Positions 1 through 13,380 of a DNA stretch of 64,000 nt are shown here, piece after piece (the stretch's first letter is position 1; each line of letters begins with the position of its first letter). The notes beneath the pieces are model-generated. The model worked only from the letters and a program-made list of their open reading frames with translations. It did not search any database and was not told the origin of the DNA. The translations under genes were made by a program, and so were the position numbers. The stretch is from Yuukianura sp. NJ FZ-2021 (taxonomy: Eukaryota): assembly GCA_046563655.1 (NCBI GenBank), contig CM102283.1, forward strand, positions 868,001-932,000. The letters are read 5' to 3'.

Positions 1-30
1 GCAATGTGAAATATTTCTGTTTGATTTTAG

Positions 31-1540
31 GGTCATCCGAGGCTAGTGAATGTGCTGGCCAAACTTTACGGAAAAATATTAAATAGGGTCATCGACCCCA
101 ACCAGGTTTGTTTTTTGCGTCGTAGTACAATATGATGCATTTATCAATAAACATAGTATATAAGTTAAAAATATTCAATTTGTATTTTATGCTAATAAAT
201 AGGAAATTCTCATCACAATTGGTGCCTCCAACGCCCTTTTCTGTTCCCTTATGTCCAACATTGGCCATGGAGAAGAAGTGAATAATCTTTAATGACACAG
301 TGAACTTTTGTATACTTTTAGCATAAAGAGTGTTTTTATTATGACAAGCCCAGGTTATCCTGATTGAACCGGCTTTCGACATTTACGAAAGTTTGGTGAC
401 TTTAGCTGGAGGAAGAACTGTTTTTATTCCTTTAAGACCAACGGATCCTTCGAATGAGTCCAGTGCTTCATGGAAACTGGACATACGCGAACTGGAAAGT
501 CTTTTTAATTCCAAAACAAAAGCACTTATTCTAAACAATCCTACGAATCCTCTGGGGAAAGTATTTTCCAAGTCTGAATTAATTGTAAGAGTTCATCTGT
601 TATGGCTTATTACTGTATACACACTTTCAGTAAATATTTTATTCCATACTCTTATGCTTTATACTTTTATAATTCATGTTTGCAGGAAATCGCCAATCTT
701 TGCAGAAAGTACAAAGTGATGATCATCAGTGATGAGGTTTACGAGTGGTTTGTTTTTGATGGAACAACGCATGAACGCATGAGCTCCATCTTATGGGACC
801 AAACCGTGAAACTCTCAATTGTTTTAGAAGCATTTTGGAAAATGGTTTCAAAATTATGAAACTCAATTTTACTCGATTACTTTAGGTCACGATTGGGTCT
901 GTTGGAAAAACGTTTGGTTTAACTGGATGGCGAATTGGTTGGGCCTTTGGGCCATCGTATCTCATCAGTAACCTCCAAGTAGCTTCCAGAAACGGGATCT
1001 ACCAAGTGGAAACTCCAGGGCAAGAGATCATCGCTGCCACGCTGGAAGCTGAAATTGAAAAACTTGGAACATCGGATTCCATATTTGCAAAACTAAGACT
1101 AGATTTGGAGAAACGAAGGAACCAAATGGTACAAATTGTGAGAGACTGCGGCATGACTCCAATTGTACCAGAAGGGGGCATTTTTGTTATTGCCAATTGG
1201 AAGTCACTGGGTGAGCAATATGAGCATTTCCATTGTAGTCAAATTATATACCTTAATGCCTGATGGTCACAGAGTTTGTAATTAAGAAACTTAAATTTTA
1301 GCGTCAAGTATTGACTGGGAAGATGACAGTGATGAGCGGAGAGACATCCGCTTTGTTCATTGGTTAGTGAAACATCGAAACCTATTGGCCATTCCACCGT
1401 CTTTGTTCTACTGTCCAGCACACAAAGACTTGGCTCAGGACTACATTCGACTTTGTTTCTACAGGAAAACTGAAACACTGACCAAAGCCAGTCAAATCCT
1501 CATGGAATTGAAAAGTTCTTCGAAAAGTATTGAAAACTGA
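31..1540 (+). CDS. Kynurenine--oxoglutarate transaminase-like class I PLP aminotransferase, copy 1 (5'-truncated by window edge, multi-exon)
   Basis: GT-AG exons at about 31-105, 203-277, 354-585, 686-805, 886-1210 and 1302-1540. They encode GHPRLV, LNNPTNPLGKVF, IISDEVYE, the PLP-lysine motif TIGSVGKTFGLTGWRIGW, PEGGIF and DYIRLCF. Stop TGA at 1538-1540. Confidence 0.9.
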
Positions 1541-2053
1541 AAATTCAAATGCAAATCAAACTCATGTTTTCTTTTCTTTGTAACTTTATGTTTGTATACT
1601 TCACTGTATCCATTTCCACATTCATCCTCAAACGTCGACTGGACAAAAATATAATTTTCTTTGAGAGTTTTTGAATCTACCCAATTCACCCAGTTATCTT
1701 CAATAAACTTTGACTCTCCAGGAATGGTGAAGTCACTTTTCATACTGCTGCATAACAATTCTGGAGCAATTGACAGCTGAATTACGTCTTTCAAAGTGGT
1801 TGAAAGCTTTCAATGGATTAGAACTTAACTGAATGCAGATTACGATTTATCACTACATTTGAACCACAAAGCAGGCAGGCGATTGCACTCGTTCAGTTAG
1901 AAATTCCAGCTTTTCAATCAGTAAATTCACAGCTTCGAACAAAAGTTCATCTAGCTTTCGATCCTAAGAGACGGAATCCTACTCATTTTATCCACATTCT
2001 TGTTTGCTTTTGTTTTAATTATATTTTAATTTAAAGTTAAATTTTTAAACGCT

Positions 2054-3817
2054 ATGGCTGCACCAAATCCATTTCCAAATCACAACAAAAAGTTTGCACT
2101 GGCCTCAAAATATCATGGACTGGAAGACAATATTTGGTACGTAGCGTCCATTGCAAAACATTACAAATCAATTGAAAATTGTAAACTGCAAAATTTTACA
2201 GATTCTTATTGACATTGTTAGGTTAAGCCTTGCTCCCGGTGGAACTCAGAACTGTGTGAACTTGGGCCAAGGATTTCCAGACTACAACCCAGCTCCAGAA
2301 ATTGTGAAGAACTTGGAAGTTGCTTGTCGTCCGGAAGCCAGTTACTTGAATCATCAGTATGCTCGAGCCTTTGGTCACCCTAGGCTAGTCAATGCCTTAG
2401 CCAAAATGTATGGCAGTTTGCTTGGACGTGAGATTGATCCAACGACGGAAGTTCTTGTCACTGGAGGAGCCTACGGAGCTTTGTTCTACGCAATCATGTC
2501 AAATGTTGGGCCAGGAGATGAAGTAAATTATTTTTAAAATATTTTATATTTTATTTGAAAAGTTGGGAAAAAAATTAACTTTAGTTGAACTTGTATTTTT
2601 GCAGGTTATAATTATAGAGCCTGCATTCGACTGCTACGAAACCAGTAAAAACTTATCGTGTTGCTAAAAAATTAGTTGTTTAAAATTGAAATTATTAATT
2701 CCGTTTCAATGATTCAGTGGTAAAATTAGCCGGAGGAACTCCAGTGTGCATTCCACTTCTGCCTGAGTCATTCTCGTCACAAAATGGCGATTCCTCTGAC
2801 TGGAAGCTGGACATGACCAAATTGCGCCAAATGTTTAATAGTCAAACAAAGGCGATTATTCTCAACAGCCCGAATAATCCACTTGGCAAAGTTTTTACAC
2901 GCCAAGAGCTCTTGGTAAATCTTTTCTATAGGAGAAATATGAAGCTTTAAAATTTTAAGCCGAGTCAAAGTTCCTTTTTAACATTTGGTTTCATAATCTT
3001 CTAGGCAATCGGGAATCTCTGTAAAGAGTTCAACGTTCTCATTATTTCAGATGAAGTTTACGAATGGATTGTATATGATGGAAATGAGCATGTGCGAATC
3101 GCTGGCCTAGAAGACTTCTGGAATCGAACAGTTACGATTGGATCCGCTGGAAAAACATTCAGGTGAACAAATTCAATTTTGCTAAATCCAGTTAATAAGT
3201 TAATCTAATTGTGATTCGATAAAAGCCTAACCGGATGGAAGCTTGGATGGTGTTACGGACCTGCGCACTTAGTGTATAACTTGAGAGTCGCGCATCAAAA
3301 CTGTACTTACATGTGTCAAACCCCGGAACAAGAGGCGCTGGCTGTAACACTGGAACATGAAATTCCCCTGATTGGCACACCAGACTCATACTTTTTCAAA
3401 ATGTGTCAAACATTGACTCAAAAGAGACAAAGAATGGTAAAGTCTTTGCGATCAATCGGCACTTTTCCGGTCGTTCCACAGGGTGGATACTTCGTTATGG
3501 TCAACTGGAAAGGTCTAGGTAAATAAGTTTTGAATTGTGATTTAGACATTGAGGCATCTTTTCTAATGCTTATAGTACTTTTTAATTTCGAATCACTTTC
3601 AGAAAACAAAATTGACCTAAGCCAAGAAAGAGACGACGAGGAAGATGTTAAATTTGTTCGATGGTTGTACCGAGAGAAAAAATTGATTGGAGTTCCTCCT
3701 TCAGCTTTCTACTCAAATAAGCATAAAGTGCTTGCCAAAGACTTTATTCGATTCAATTTTTACAAAAAAGAAGAGACTTTGGATGAAGCTGACAAAATTT
3801 TCAAGACATTTAAATAA
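2054..3817 (+). CDS. Kynurenine--oxoglutarate transaminase-like class I PLP aminotransferase, copy 2 (complete, multi-exon)
   Basis: ATG at 2054 (MAAPNPFPN...). Motifs VNLGQGFPD, QYARAFGHPRLV, LNSPNNPLGKVF, ISDEVYEW, TIGSAGKTFS..TGWKLGW, PQGGYF and FIRFNFYK. Stop at 3817. Short GT-AG introns. Confidence 0.92.
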
Positions 3818-4450
3818 AAAAACGTATTAAAAATTCCTGGAAATTAAAAAAGGTTTCCGGATAGGAGCAACGTAAATGTTAGTAATGTAAAGCCGATTAA
3901 CATTTTGTGCTTGGGCGTTTTTAACAATAACAATATCGAATACGTAAAGCCTACTAAGTAAATAAAATGAATTTCTTTTTCTAGGAACTCACGTGAAAAT
4001 CCCCAATTGGAATATTTTTTTTTAGAATATTCATTTTCTGGAGCTGAATCGATTTCGACATGACTCAAAAGGCGTCGCGTCATCCGCAAGCGCCCATTGA
4101 TCCCATTGGCAATCCCTCTTAAGGTCAAACTTACTTTGGCTTTTTTGTTTACTTATTGTTGGTGTGTGTAATACTTATTAATAATAACGGCAGTCAAATT
4201 GAAAAGTAGAACATAGACTTCATTCGAATTTGATTTTAGTTTCTAGCAATCGGCAAGGATTTTGTTTGTTCATTGGTTGTGATTTATCTTTGAATTTTGA
4301 ACAAACACTATAAAGTCAAGTCTAAAACGCAAATAAAACAATATTACATCTTGTAGATTTGTCGCCGGTACACTAAAATAATCCTTCAGTTTCAGTTCGT
4401 ATCCCAAGTCGATAGGACCGCTCTTAAATTCTTAAAGTAGTCAAATCAAA

Positions 4451-6214
4451 ATGGGGGTGACTCTATACGCAATTGAACTTATCGTTGTTGTTTGTTTGTT
4501 TGGAGTTACGTGTAGAGGCCAAACAGTAGTGCAGAGAAGCTCTTTTGGGGAGCACTGTAATGACACAGTCAAGTGTGACGAAAGTGATTGGCTCAAGTGC
4601 CAGTCGTCACTCTGCGCATGTCTTATGGAAGGTATGATCTTTGACTTATCCAAGGGCAAATGTATTTCGAAGCCTGGCGAAAGTTGCAAGTATCTGGTGA
4701 CTGACAATATGGGAATGATTGTAGACAAAATCACTGAGTGCATGACGAATGCACACTTCAACAACACATTCACTTGCGCATGTGACCAAGGTCACTTTGA
4801 AAGTGTGGATGGAAAGTGCGTGGAGCAGAAAGATGATGAGGGTTCTTGCTTATCCAGTGCAGAATGCAAAGAATCCAAGTTACTATTTTGTATCGAGGGA
4901 CGCTGTCGCTGCTCTGCTGAGCATAATCACATGTATGCCAATCCGACCAATGACAATTCCACTTCAAAGTGTGTTACTAAAGCGGGAAAGTTCAATTCCG
5001 GTGAGACGCCATGCGTAGAAGGATCCAACCTTAACTTTCAGGGCGTCTGCACTTGCAACGAATCAGATTACAATTATGCTGGATCGGATGGTTTCTGTCA
5101 TAGGAAAAAAGATGTCGGCGAATTGTGTTTAGCAGATGAAGAATGCCAATTTGTGAACAAGTACTTCACTTGTGTCGACGGCAGATGTGGATGCAATCCA
5201 CAAACATCGTTGTTCCAAATTTTTGAAAAAGAACGATCCGTCATAACCTACGAGAAGGTGGTAGCCTTGGATCCGCGTGTGCGCAACGCAGGAACGGACA
5301 GCAAAGGAAACCGGATTTACTACCGAGATCTCAATTTTTACGCCAGGGTACAGGGTGAGTTGCTCGGAAGTGCTGGACGCCTTTGTGAAGACTCCGATTC
5401 ATGCGCGGACTACATTTACATCAACATGTCAACGACAACTGCTGTAACTGACACTTTGTTACAGTGCGTTGGGTTGGCTCGTCTGCCATGCAATCCAGAA
5501 TCTAACTGCGTCAAAAATTCTACATGCGTTGAGGGTACTTGCGAATGCGCAGAATTCTTCTCTCCGACTTCTACCGGAACGTGTGGTATCGGTTACGGAC
5601 GAGCCTGCTCCAAGTCAACGCCATGCTCAGACTCTTTCAAATGTACAAACAAGGAATGCAACTGTCCGCAATCTAAGCACCAAGTTTACAACGGGGATAG
5701 CAAGAAATGTGTTGGACGCTTCTCGTCTTTCTGCAGCGACGATTCAGACTGCTTGTCCAACACAATCTGTCGAGTCGCCAATGAAACTGGAAGGAAGCAG
5801 TGCGTTTGCGCAGAGGGATTTATTGAGGATTCGTTAGGAAAATGCAACAAGGCCTGGAATTCACCTTGTGACGACCTGGACAAGACTCCATGTGATACTG
5901 TGGCGCAGTTGGAATGTCGCAATGGCTTCTGCGCATGCTCTGACACTATGACCAGCTACGACATCAATGAACGTAAATGCCTGGGGGTCGTTGGTGCCCG
6001 ATGTTCTACTGCTGGACGTACTGTCGACATGATTAAGCTTGTGACTGAATGCAGCGACGGAGCACACTGTGTCGAGAAGAATTCGAAGGGGTGGGTAGCA
6101 GGACGTTGCTTGTGTAAAAACGAATTTGAGGTGAAGGAGGATATGTTGTGTCACAAAGCGGTGGTGCCCAATGTGCTAAAGTTGGTTCCGGATGCAGTTG
6201 AAGATTATTATTAA
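4451..6214 (+). CDS. Secreted cysteine-rich EB-module/EGF-like repeat protein, 587 aa, single exon
   Basis: Long uninterrupted ORF with a hydrophobic signal peptide, about a dozen C-x5-C...C-x4-C-x-C repeats and no evident TM segment. Confidence 0.85.
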   Translation: MGVTLYAIELIVVVCLFGVTCRGQTVVQRSSFGEHCNDTVKCDESDWLKCQSSLCACLMEGMIFDLSKGKCISKPGESCKYLVTDNMGMIVDKITECMTNAHFNNTFTCACDQGHFESVDGKCVEQKDDEGSCLSSAECKESKLLFCIEGRCRCSAEHNHMYANPTNDNSTSKCVTKAGKFNSGETPCVEGSNLNFQGVCTCNESDYNYAGSDGFCHRKKDVGELCLADEECQFVNKYFTCVDGRCGCNPQTSLFQIFEKERSVITYEKVVALDPRVRNAGTDSKGNRIYYRDLNFYARVQGELLGSAGRLCEDSDSCADYIYINMSTTTAVTDTLLQCVGLARLPCNPESNCVKNSTCVEGTCECAEFFSPTSTGTCGIGYGRACSKSTPCSDSFKCTNKECNCPQSKHQVYNGDSKKCVGRFSSFCSDDSDCLSNTICRVANETGRKQCVCAEGFIEDSLGKCNKAWNSPCDDLDKTPCDTVAQLECRNGFCACSDTMTSYDINERKCLGVVGARCSTAGRTVDMIKLVTECSDGAHCVEKNSKGWVAGRCLCKNEFEVKEDMLCHKAVVPNVLKLVPDAVEDYY

Positions 6215-8265
6215 ACTTCATAACAATTTTCCAGTGCAATTATTTACTGTCAGATGATTAAAATTTATGTCAACATCTTGTATCAAATTGTATTAAAATG
6301 GTTAAATTGTAATTAATCTGAAACTCGTATTGACAAGATTTGGTTTATGTCAACAGCGGAAAACCAGAAGCATCAAGTTTAGTAAAGGTAGGCTTAGCTC
6401 TCATACAATTTGTAGGTTGATTATCATTTTAGCTGATGAAATTCCATTTTGACACAATTGGAATAGAATCGAAACTTTTTGGGTTATGCAATGGCGTGGA
6501 AGAAATTCATATTCAAACCTTAACTTTTTTCAATTTTCCTGTGTTCACTTCCTTGCAATTTGGTTGAATCTTCTTTCATTCTTTTTTTTTTCCTCTTATG
6601 GAAAAAATAATAATAAGAAATGGATTACTATGGATCTTATTGTTTGAATTTTCCTTCTCTCTTTCTGCTTCTGCAATTTCAATATGGGGCAAGTTGAGAC
6701 TTTTGAGATTGCAGAAGAGAGGACTTGGAATAATGGTTTTTTGTTTTAATTGGAATCTGGAGAAGCGTAGCGTGTCCTCCAGCGAAGAAGTCTTCGTCCT
6801 TAATCCATTACGTGAGTCAACACAACTTTCTTGTTCAAATTGGGTCTTCCTTCGTTTTGGTTGAAGTAACCTCTCCTGTTCTAGCTGAAGTAACCCATTT
6901 CCATTGAAATCTCCACGGAGAAGATAGAAAAAGTGTAGACTATTCCTCGGAGAAAGAAGATGTGGAATCTGAAGGAATCATCAGTTGGAGTCATGGATTT
7001 CCTGTCCTATTTACTTTCTCTTTCGACCGGAGGAAGAGTGGCGAATGGGAGAAGATTAAAATAAATATTCAATCTGGAGGGAGGCCCATTTCAAAGGACA
7101 AAGAAGTTTTGGCGGGCTTTCATCTCCCGCATTCCAATGGCATTCCTTTGTCCCACTTTGTACTTTGGTGGGTTCGGTGGGGCAGAGGCTGTGGTGGGGC
7201 ACTTGGCCCCGGGAGACTTTGAACAGAGGGAAAGTGGAACAATAGTTTTGGAATGAGAACTAACGACCTCAGCCTTTCTCTATACTTGAGCGAGACGTAG
7301 GAATTTTGCAAGGAGAAGCCACAAAGTTGTTGGATTCTGGAAAACAACTTTGGACGACTTTATAAGGAGGCATAACCTAACTTAGGCTAACACAAACCTA
7401 ACTTAAACTTAACCACTTGAACGAACAACTTTCTCCATTGGAGTCATGCATATTCCCAATGCTAACAATAGAGAAAACGACGAAGGACGTTGAGAGGCAA
7501 CGCTAGAAAGTGCACTAAAGAACAAGTGCGGAGAAAGTAAACGAAGGTCCGTCGTTACTTAAAAATTTCAGGCGGGAAATTTCTGGAGACTGAAATATTG
7601 AAAACTTTCGTTTGTTGAAAAGTTTTTTTTTGAATTTACAATTTGAAGAGAGTAACTTTTGTTGTTTGAAATTGTTTATTTTTAAGGTGTATGGCCTAAA
7701 ACTTTTGTCATTTTGATTTTCGGAATGACTTTGCGTTTATCAATTCTCCCCAAAACAGAAAAAAAGCGAGAGAAAAGTTTAGAAAAAAAAGTTAAAGTGA
7801 AAAGTTTAAATTGAAATCTAAGAGAAACAGGCTCCATTTTAGCATAAGCTTTTGCTTCGAGTTGGATTGTGGTGAAATGAGGGAAAGCTGAGGCTAACAG
7901 CCTTAGTCGTACCAGAAGCGGCAAAATTTGAAATTTGAAATTATCGTAACGTCTTTTGTTTTCACATTTTCTAAAAGTGCAATGTTTGAAGTGTTTTAAT
8001 AGGCTTTTAACAGTGGTTGAAACAGAGGCTATCACAAGAGAAAGTTTTGAGGGCTTTAGAACTTTTCCATCTCTCTTAACTTTGAGTTCTTCACTAAAGT
8101 CAGGTACAACGAAATATTCCAAACTACAAACCATTTGTCTAAAAGCTAATTACAATTCCCAATATAACTACAGTTATAAACTAATAATTACAATATAATT
8201 AGTTATATTGCAGTTTTTACAGTTAAACTAATTATAGGAGGCTCAATTGTTATAAAAATTATCCA

Positions 8266-8473
8266 GGTTGTGAAAAGTCGGTCGAGGTATGGATTAACGA
8301 CCTTCATTGTAACCACACAGTGTAGCCACTGCGGCCGTGTTGTGTGGGTGGCTACACACCGAGTGGCAACATGTAACCGAAGAGTGTAGCCACCCATTGT
8401 AGCTCTAAAGTAGCTACATCGCACGGCTACAATAACGGTTGTTAAACGTTACCCCAACCGAAAAATCACAACA
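8266..8473. mobile_element. Degenerate palindromic MITE
   Basis: Left arm gttgtgaaaagtcggtcgaggta...ttaacgaccttcattgtaacc imperfectly matches the reverse complement of the right arm (gttgtgatttttcggttggggta...ttaacaaccgttattgtagcc). Internal gtgtagccac/gtggctacac inverted motifs. Confidence 0.45.
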
Positions 8474-11400
8474 ACGAACACAGGCTATACATTTTTGTTT
8501 GTAAACTCTGGCTGATGTGTTTTGGTTTTCAGTTGATTTGTTATTGTTAGGTATTGTTAGCCTAGGTTTAAGCTAGGCTAAGCTAACTTTTCTAAACTTG
8601 GCTAACTTTAATTAGGGTAGAGGCTAACATAACCTGATTTAGGTTAGGCTGATTTCGGAGTGTTGCAGACGTGTATTATTATGAGGTTGCAACGTATCTG
8701 AGGTCCTCCATGGAGTATGAATGTGACTTGCGCAGAGTCTCCGGGGGACTTTGTCTGATTCGTGTAGAGACTGATTGTACTCGTAGTGGGGTTGGGGTTG
8801 AAGGGACCCTTAGCCCCCGTCCCACTTGTTGACAGCCAGAAGTCGTCTTCCTCCAGTGAACCTCCGCCACCTTCGTCTCCATCCCTGCAATCACACAAAA
8901 GAAGTGGGCTTAGGTTAGGTTAGCTTAAGGCCCACTGCTCAAAGGGCCTGGAATTGATCCGGGTAGTGGAGAAAGTCCCTGAGGGCTGTGCTAGAACACA
9001 ATCAGGAATCTCCATTCACTCCTGCCCCACTCATCATCCACTCCATTTCCACTCTCTCCTTTGACTCTGTGGGCCTGTCAACCCAGACCAGCACAAAAGC
9101 GAGACCAGAATTACAAATGAGTTGGAGGCCCTTAAGGCCCCACTAGACCAATTTCAGCTCTTTCTCATCCCACTCCTCGGAGACTTCAGTGTTATACACC
9201 AATTCCAAAGGCCTCAGCGACTAACTGCCTGAGCCACTGACTAATGCAGACATGCCACAAATATTTAGTTCCCATGCCTGTAAGGTCAATATTTCGGGTC
9301 TTTTTGTTACTAAATTTTTTTCTATTCACATATGCCATAATGTTAAATGTCTAAATATTTCGATCTTTTCCAGGAAACATTGTATTTATTTAAATATGTA
9401 GCTGGTTTTTACTAAATATTTTTGACAAGTCTGAAGTATGGAAGGCTGTAACTGGAAATTTAGAAGAAAAAAATCAATTTGAATGGGGTACTGTGCAAAA
9501 GAATTTTTGCACATGAAAGTGTCGTGACAGTCCTACAATGTCACATTGTGCACAATTTTTAAAATTCCTCAGGGTACGTGCTAATGTTTAAAGAACTTTT
9601 TTTTAATTCGTCAGGCTATTTGAAATTGTGAACAAATGCTTTTTGAACTTGTTAAGTATATCTGAATTGCATATAAACATTTTGAACTAAGATGGGCTGC
9701 TTAAATTTGTACCCAATTTGTTGAATTTGACACGGCAACTTTGAAACAACATTTACACAAATTTTTCTTAGTGCTTGAGGTTGAGCACGTAGGTTTTGAA
9801 TTTGGCGGGATGCTTTGAATTCCATGCACAACTTTTTTGATTGACGGAGCCACTTGACATTGTCCACAAAGATACGATTTTGGCAGTGGAATTTTTTGAA
9901 ATCATGCAAAAATATGCTTTACTGTGACAAGAGCATGAAATTGGTGTACCAAAGCATGTAACCTAACGAAACGAAATTTGTACACTAAAAAGCAAGTGCA
10001 CCGAAAAGTTTCTTAACTTTGTGTTTTAAGGTTTAAAATTCAAATTATACAATAGAAAAACAACAAGTTTTTGAATTTTTGAACAAAAATAGAACAAGTT
10101 TTTGAAATTTTGAAGAAACTGAAAGTAGTGAAAGCATAGTATGCAGACTCGGATCATAACTTTGAATTGTCCCGACCCTGCAGGAAGTTGGAAGAAGCTT
10201 TCTCCCACAGGAGTGATCATGAGCATTAAACCAAAGAAAGTGTGAGGAGGACTCTTAAGTTCACACCTCTGCCAACTAAAGTTGGCTCAAACTCTTAAGA
10301 TTTTACGACCCCCTCACTCTTACTTTCTAATTCCAAAAAGAGAAAGTCTCTTTTTGACAAAAAAAAAAGTAAAAGTAGAAAAAAAAAGGAAAGTTCGTTT
10401 TTATTCCAAAAGTGTTTTTGGACCCCATGCTGAGGAAATCGGAGGAGTGTGCGAGAAGCACGACTTTTGCAGTAACTTTTTTTTTTTAAACTGGCAGTTG
10501 TGAAGCCAAGCATGACTTTGTGATTTATGTCGTAATTTGTGATAAGTGTGAGAACTTGCGTTTTGTTTGTTTGTTCCCCTCATAATGACTTTTGATAAGT
10601 CGTAACTGTTTTAGGAAGTGCCAAGAACTAACTTTTGTGTGTGTGTGGTCTCTGGTTATAACGGTTTTAGGTTGTTTTAAGTGGTTTGAAACATGAGAAA
10701 AGTTTTTGATTTCGCATGATAGGAAACTTCTCGAGAGGAAATTATTAAGCGGGGAAATTTGAATTGAAAAAAGTAAACGTTGGAGGAGGGGTTCATAACT
10801 TTGAGTTAACCTACAGAAACGAGAAAAGAGTTTGTATTTTTTCTTATGCTCAAAGCGTAATGGTTACTGTAAACCACTTCCTTCCCCCCTCCTTCCGTGA
10901 CAACGTTCTGGACATGGGAACTGGCAATAAACCCCCCACTTATTACCCCTCTCTTTTTCTGAAAACTTTTTCTGAAGGCTGGCATCACAAAACCTTCAAA
11001 ACTCTGATTTTCCGGAGCGCCAACTTTCTGCTTTCTCTGGGACACAATTGACTTTCTCCCGTTTCCATGCATTCTCACATTCTCCGCATTCCGGAATCTC
11101 GTTTTCTTTGTTCAGCCTGAATTCTAATTTTTTTAACAATAAAACAAGTCGTCTTGAAAAAGAACTCCAAATTTCTGGGAGAAAAACGAGCTTTTTGAAA
11201 TTCTTTTTCCCTTGTTTTTAGATTGATACAAAACCCTCATAAAGATTTACCAGTTTTTTTTTTTTCAATTTTTTAAATTATTTAACCTTTAAAAATCGGG
11301 CAGCTATTAAAAAGACAGAATCCATTTAAGTAACTTTTGAACTTTTCGAGTCGAACTTCTTTCTGTCTTACTCTTGACGCCGGTGCAGGTTAATGCGACG

Positions 11401-13380
11401 CAATCTGTGCGTTTGGAAGTGTAATCTTTTGTGCCAACATTAAGAATGGAAGCAGATGAGTAGGAGGTGATTGTAAAATGGAAATGAATTCAAGTGTATT
11501 TAAATTTCCCTCTGTTCATCTGCTACTGCTAGAGATGAAGATGAGAGTAATCTGGTTGGAAACTGGTCCAGATTAGACAGATTACACAGCCTCCTGCACT
11601 CCCATGACTTTTGCCTTCCCCGAGCCCGCTCTGGCCTTAATGTCAAACTGAAGGAAATTTCAAACGGAGAGAAATTTCAAGCTAAAAGAAAGTCTTTGAC
11701 TTTGTGTGGCAAGCACGGCGTGCTTTCCTTTCCTAAAGAAGTGGAGAGTGTTGGAAATTGGAATTCCTTGTGAAATGGAAAAGGAAGAAGAAGAAGCTTC
11801 CTCTTCTTCGTTTATCTCCAATCACTTCACACGGTGATTTATGGAAGAGGGGAAGTAAGGGAAAAAATAAATCAAAGCCTTTTCTTTTTCTCATTTTCAA
11901 ATTCAAAGTGAAAGTGGATGTGAAAAGAAACCGAATGCATAGAAAAACTTTAGTTGCAAAGAATTGAATGAATCGAAAACTTAACGCGAACCTATTCAAC
12001 GCTTAACTTACTAAAAAAAAATACGTGAATCCGTGAAATGCTAAATGCGTGAATTCGTGGGAAAGTGAACATTGGAGGCCGTAAATTTGAAAATCAGAAA
12101 ACATGAAAATGCGTGTTTGTTATTAGACGAGCAAAATATTAAAAACTTAAACATTGACAATATGAAAAGTATGCAAGAGAAACAAGTTAATGCTTGAAAT
12201 TGCAAAAAACGCGGGACTTGATCAAAAATAGAGCGCTGGAAATGTTCAACGTTCAACGTGTTTACGTGAATCTGTAAACCAATGTGTGAAACGTTGAAAG
12301 GCGGAGCACGTCAAACTCAAATGGCGAAAATCAAGCAGTGAAAGTGTAAAAACGTGACCGCGGGGAATGATAAAGTAATGAGAAGCTATAAAAGTAAAAA
12401 ATTCAACGGGAAAAATATGGCGAGTGTTACGTAAAGCGTGAAAAAGTGGCGCCAAACTTATTTTAAAGCGGTTTAGAAGTGCATTTTCCAGGCATAAATT
12501 ACATGCTCAAACACTGGAAATCTGTTCTATAATTAATGCAGTGCAGAGCATTAGCACCTTTCACTTTCACTTTTCCCCTGTTATGCAGAACAGAAATTAG
12601 CATGAGAGAGCTCTTCAAATTTAGCATACCCAGCAGATTACGAGCCACCAGACAAAGAACTTCACATTTTTGAAAGCCATATTGGAAATGGCTTTAAATT
12701 AAAAACGAGAGGAAATAGTTACTCCAAGCCAAAAAGCCATAGTTACTCCCGCCACTTAATTTAAAAGTCGCTTTTATGCTCCAGCACTCCTCCGAAGGAT
12801 GAATATGCTAAGCATGCTTTGTGAAAGTTCATTTTCTAGAAAACGGGTGAGAGAAAGATGAAAAATGAATCTACTCTGGACCGGAAATTTGAAAAGAAAT
12901 GATGTGCAAATTCTAATCAAAATGGCGCTTGAAATTTCCGAGAAAAAATTAGAAATTTTGAAAATTATGTTTTTTTTTAATTAGTTGGAGGGTGCGTCAT
13001 TTCAAATTCTCAGGTGAGTTTTTCTCGCTACTTCTGTTTTTTTGACAATCCTACAAAGAATGAAAATGTCTTTGTTGTAAGTTAGCATTGCTTAAAACTT
13101 TTGCATTTTTTTTTGTGGTGTAGCACTTCTTTCTCAAGAAAATTTGTTTGGAACCAACTTTTTTTGAAAAAGTCTTTTGAAAATGAAACAATGCATGATA
13201 AGTGACAGAGTTCTGGGTTAGATTTGTTTGCGTTTTCTTTCCGTGCTTGCGATTTTGAGGGCAAAGGCAGTTGAATAATTTATTTCCTGGATGTTTTTCG
13301 TAATTTGGTTTTTGACAATTTTCAATTTCCGCAGACTAAACATCAGCTTAAGCCTAAAACCGCTTATTTTTTCGTGTTCC

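Noticed and set aside
11990-12450. Degenerate aaacgtgaa-like short repeats
   Set aside because: Probably a decayed foldback arm, but no termini or partner arm could be defined.
6598-13300. Numerous 60-150 aa ORFs
   Set aside because: Low-complexity Phe/Lys/Leu translations of AT-rich non-coding DNA with no motifs or coherent exon chain.
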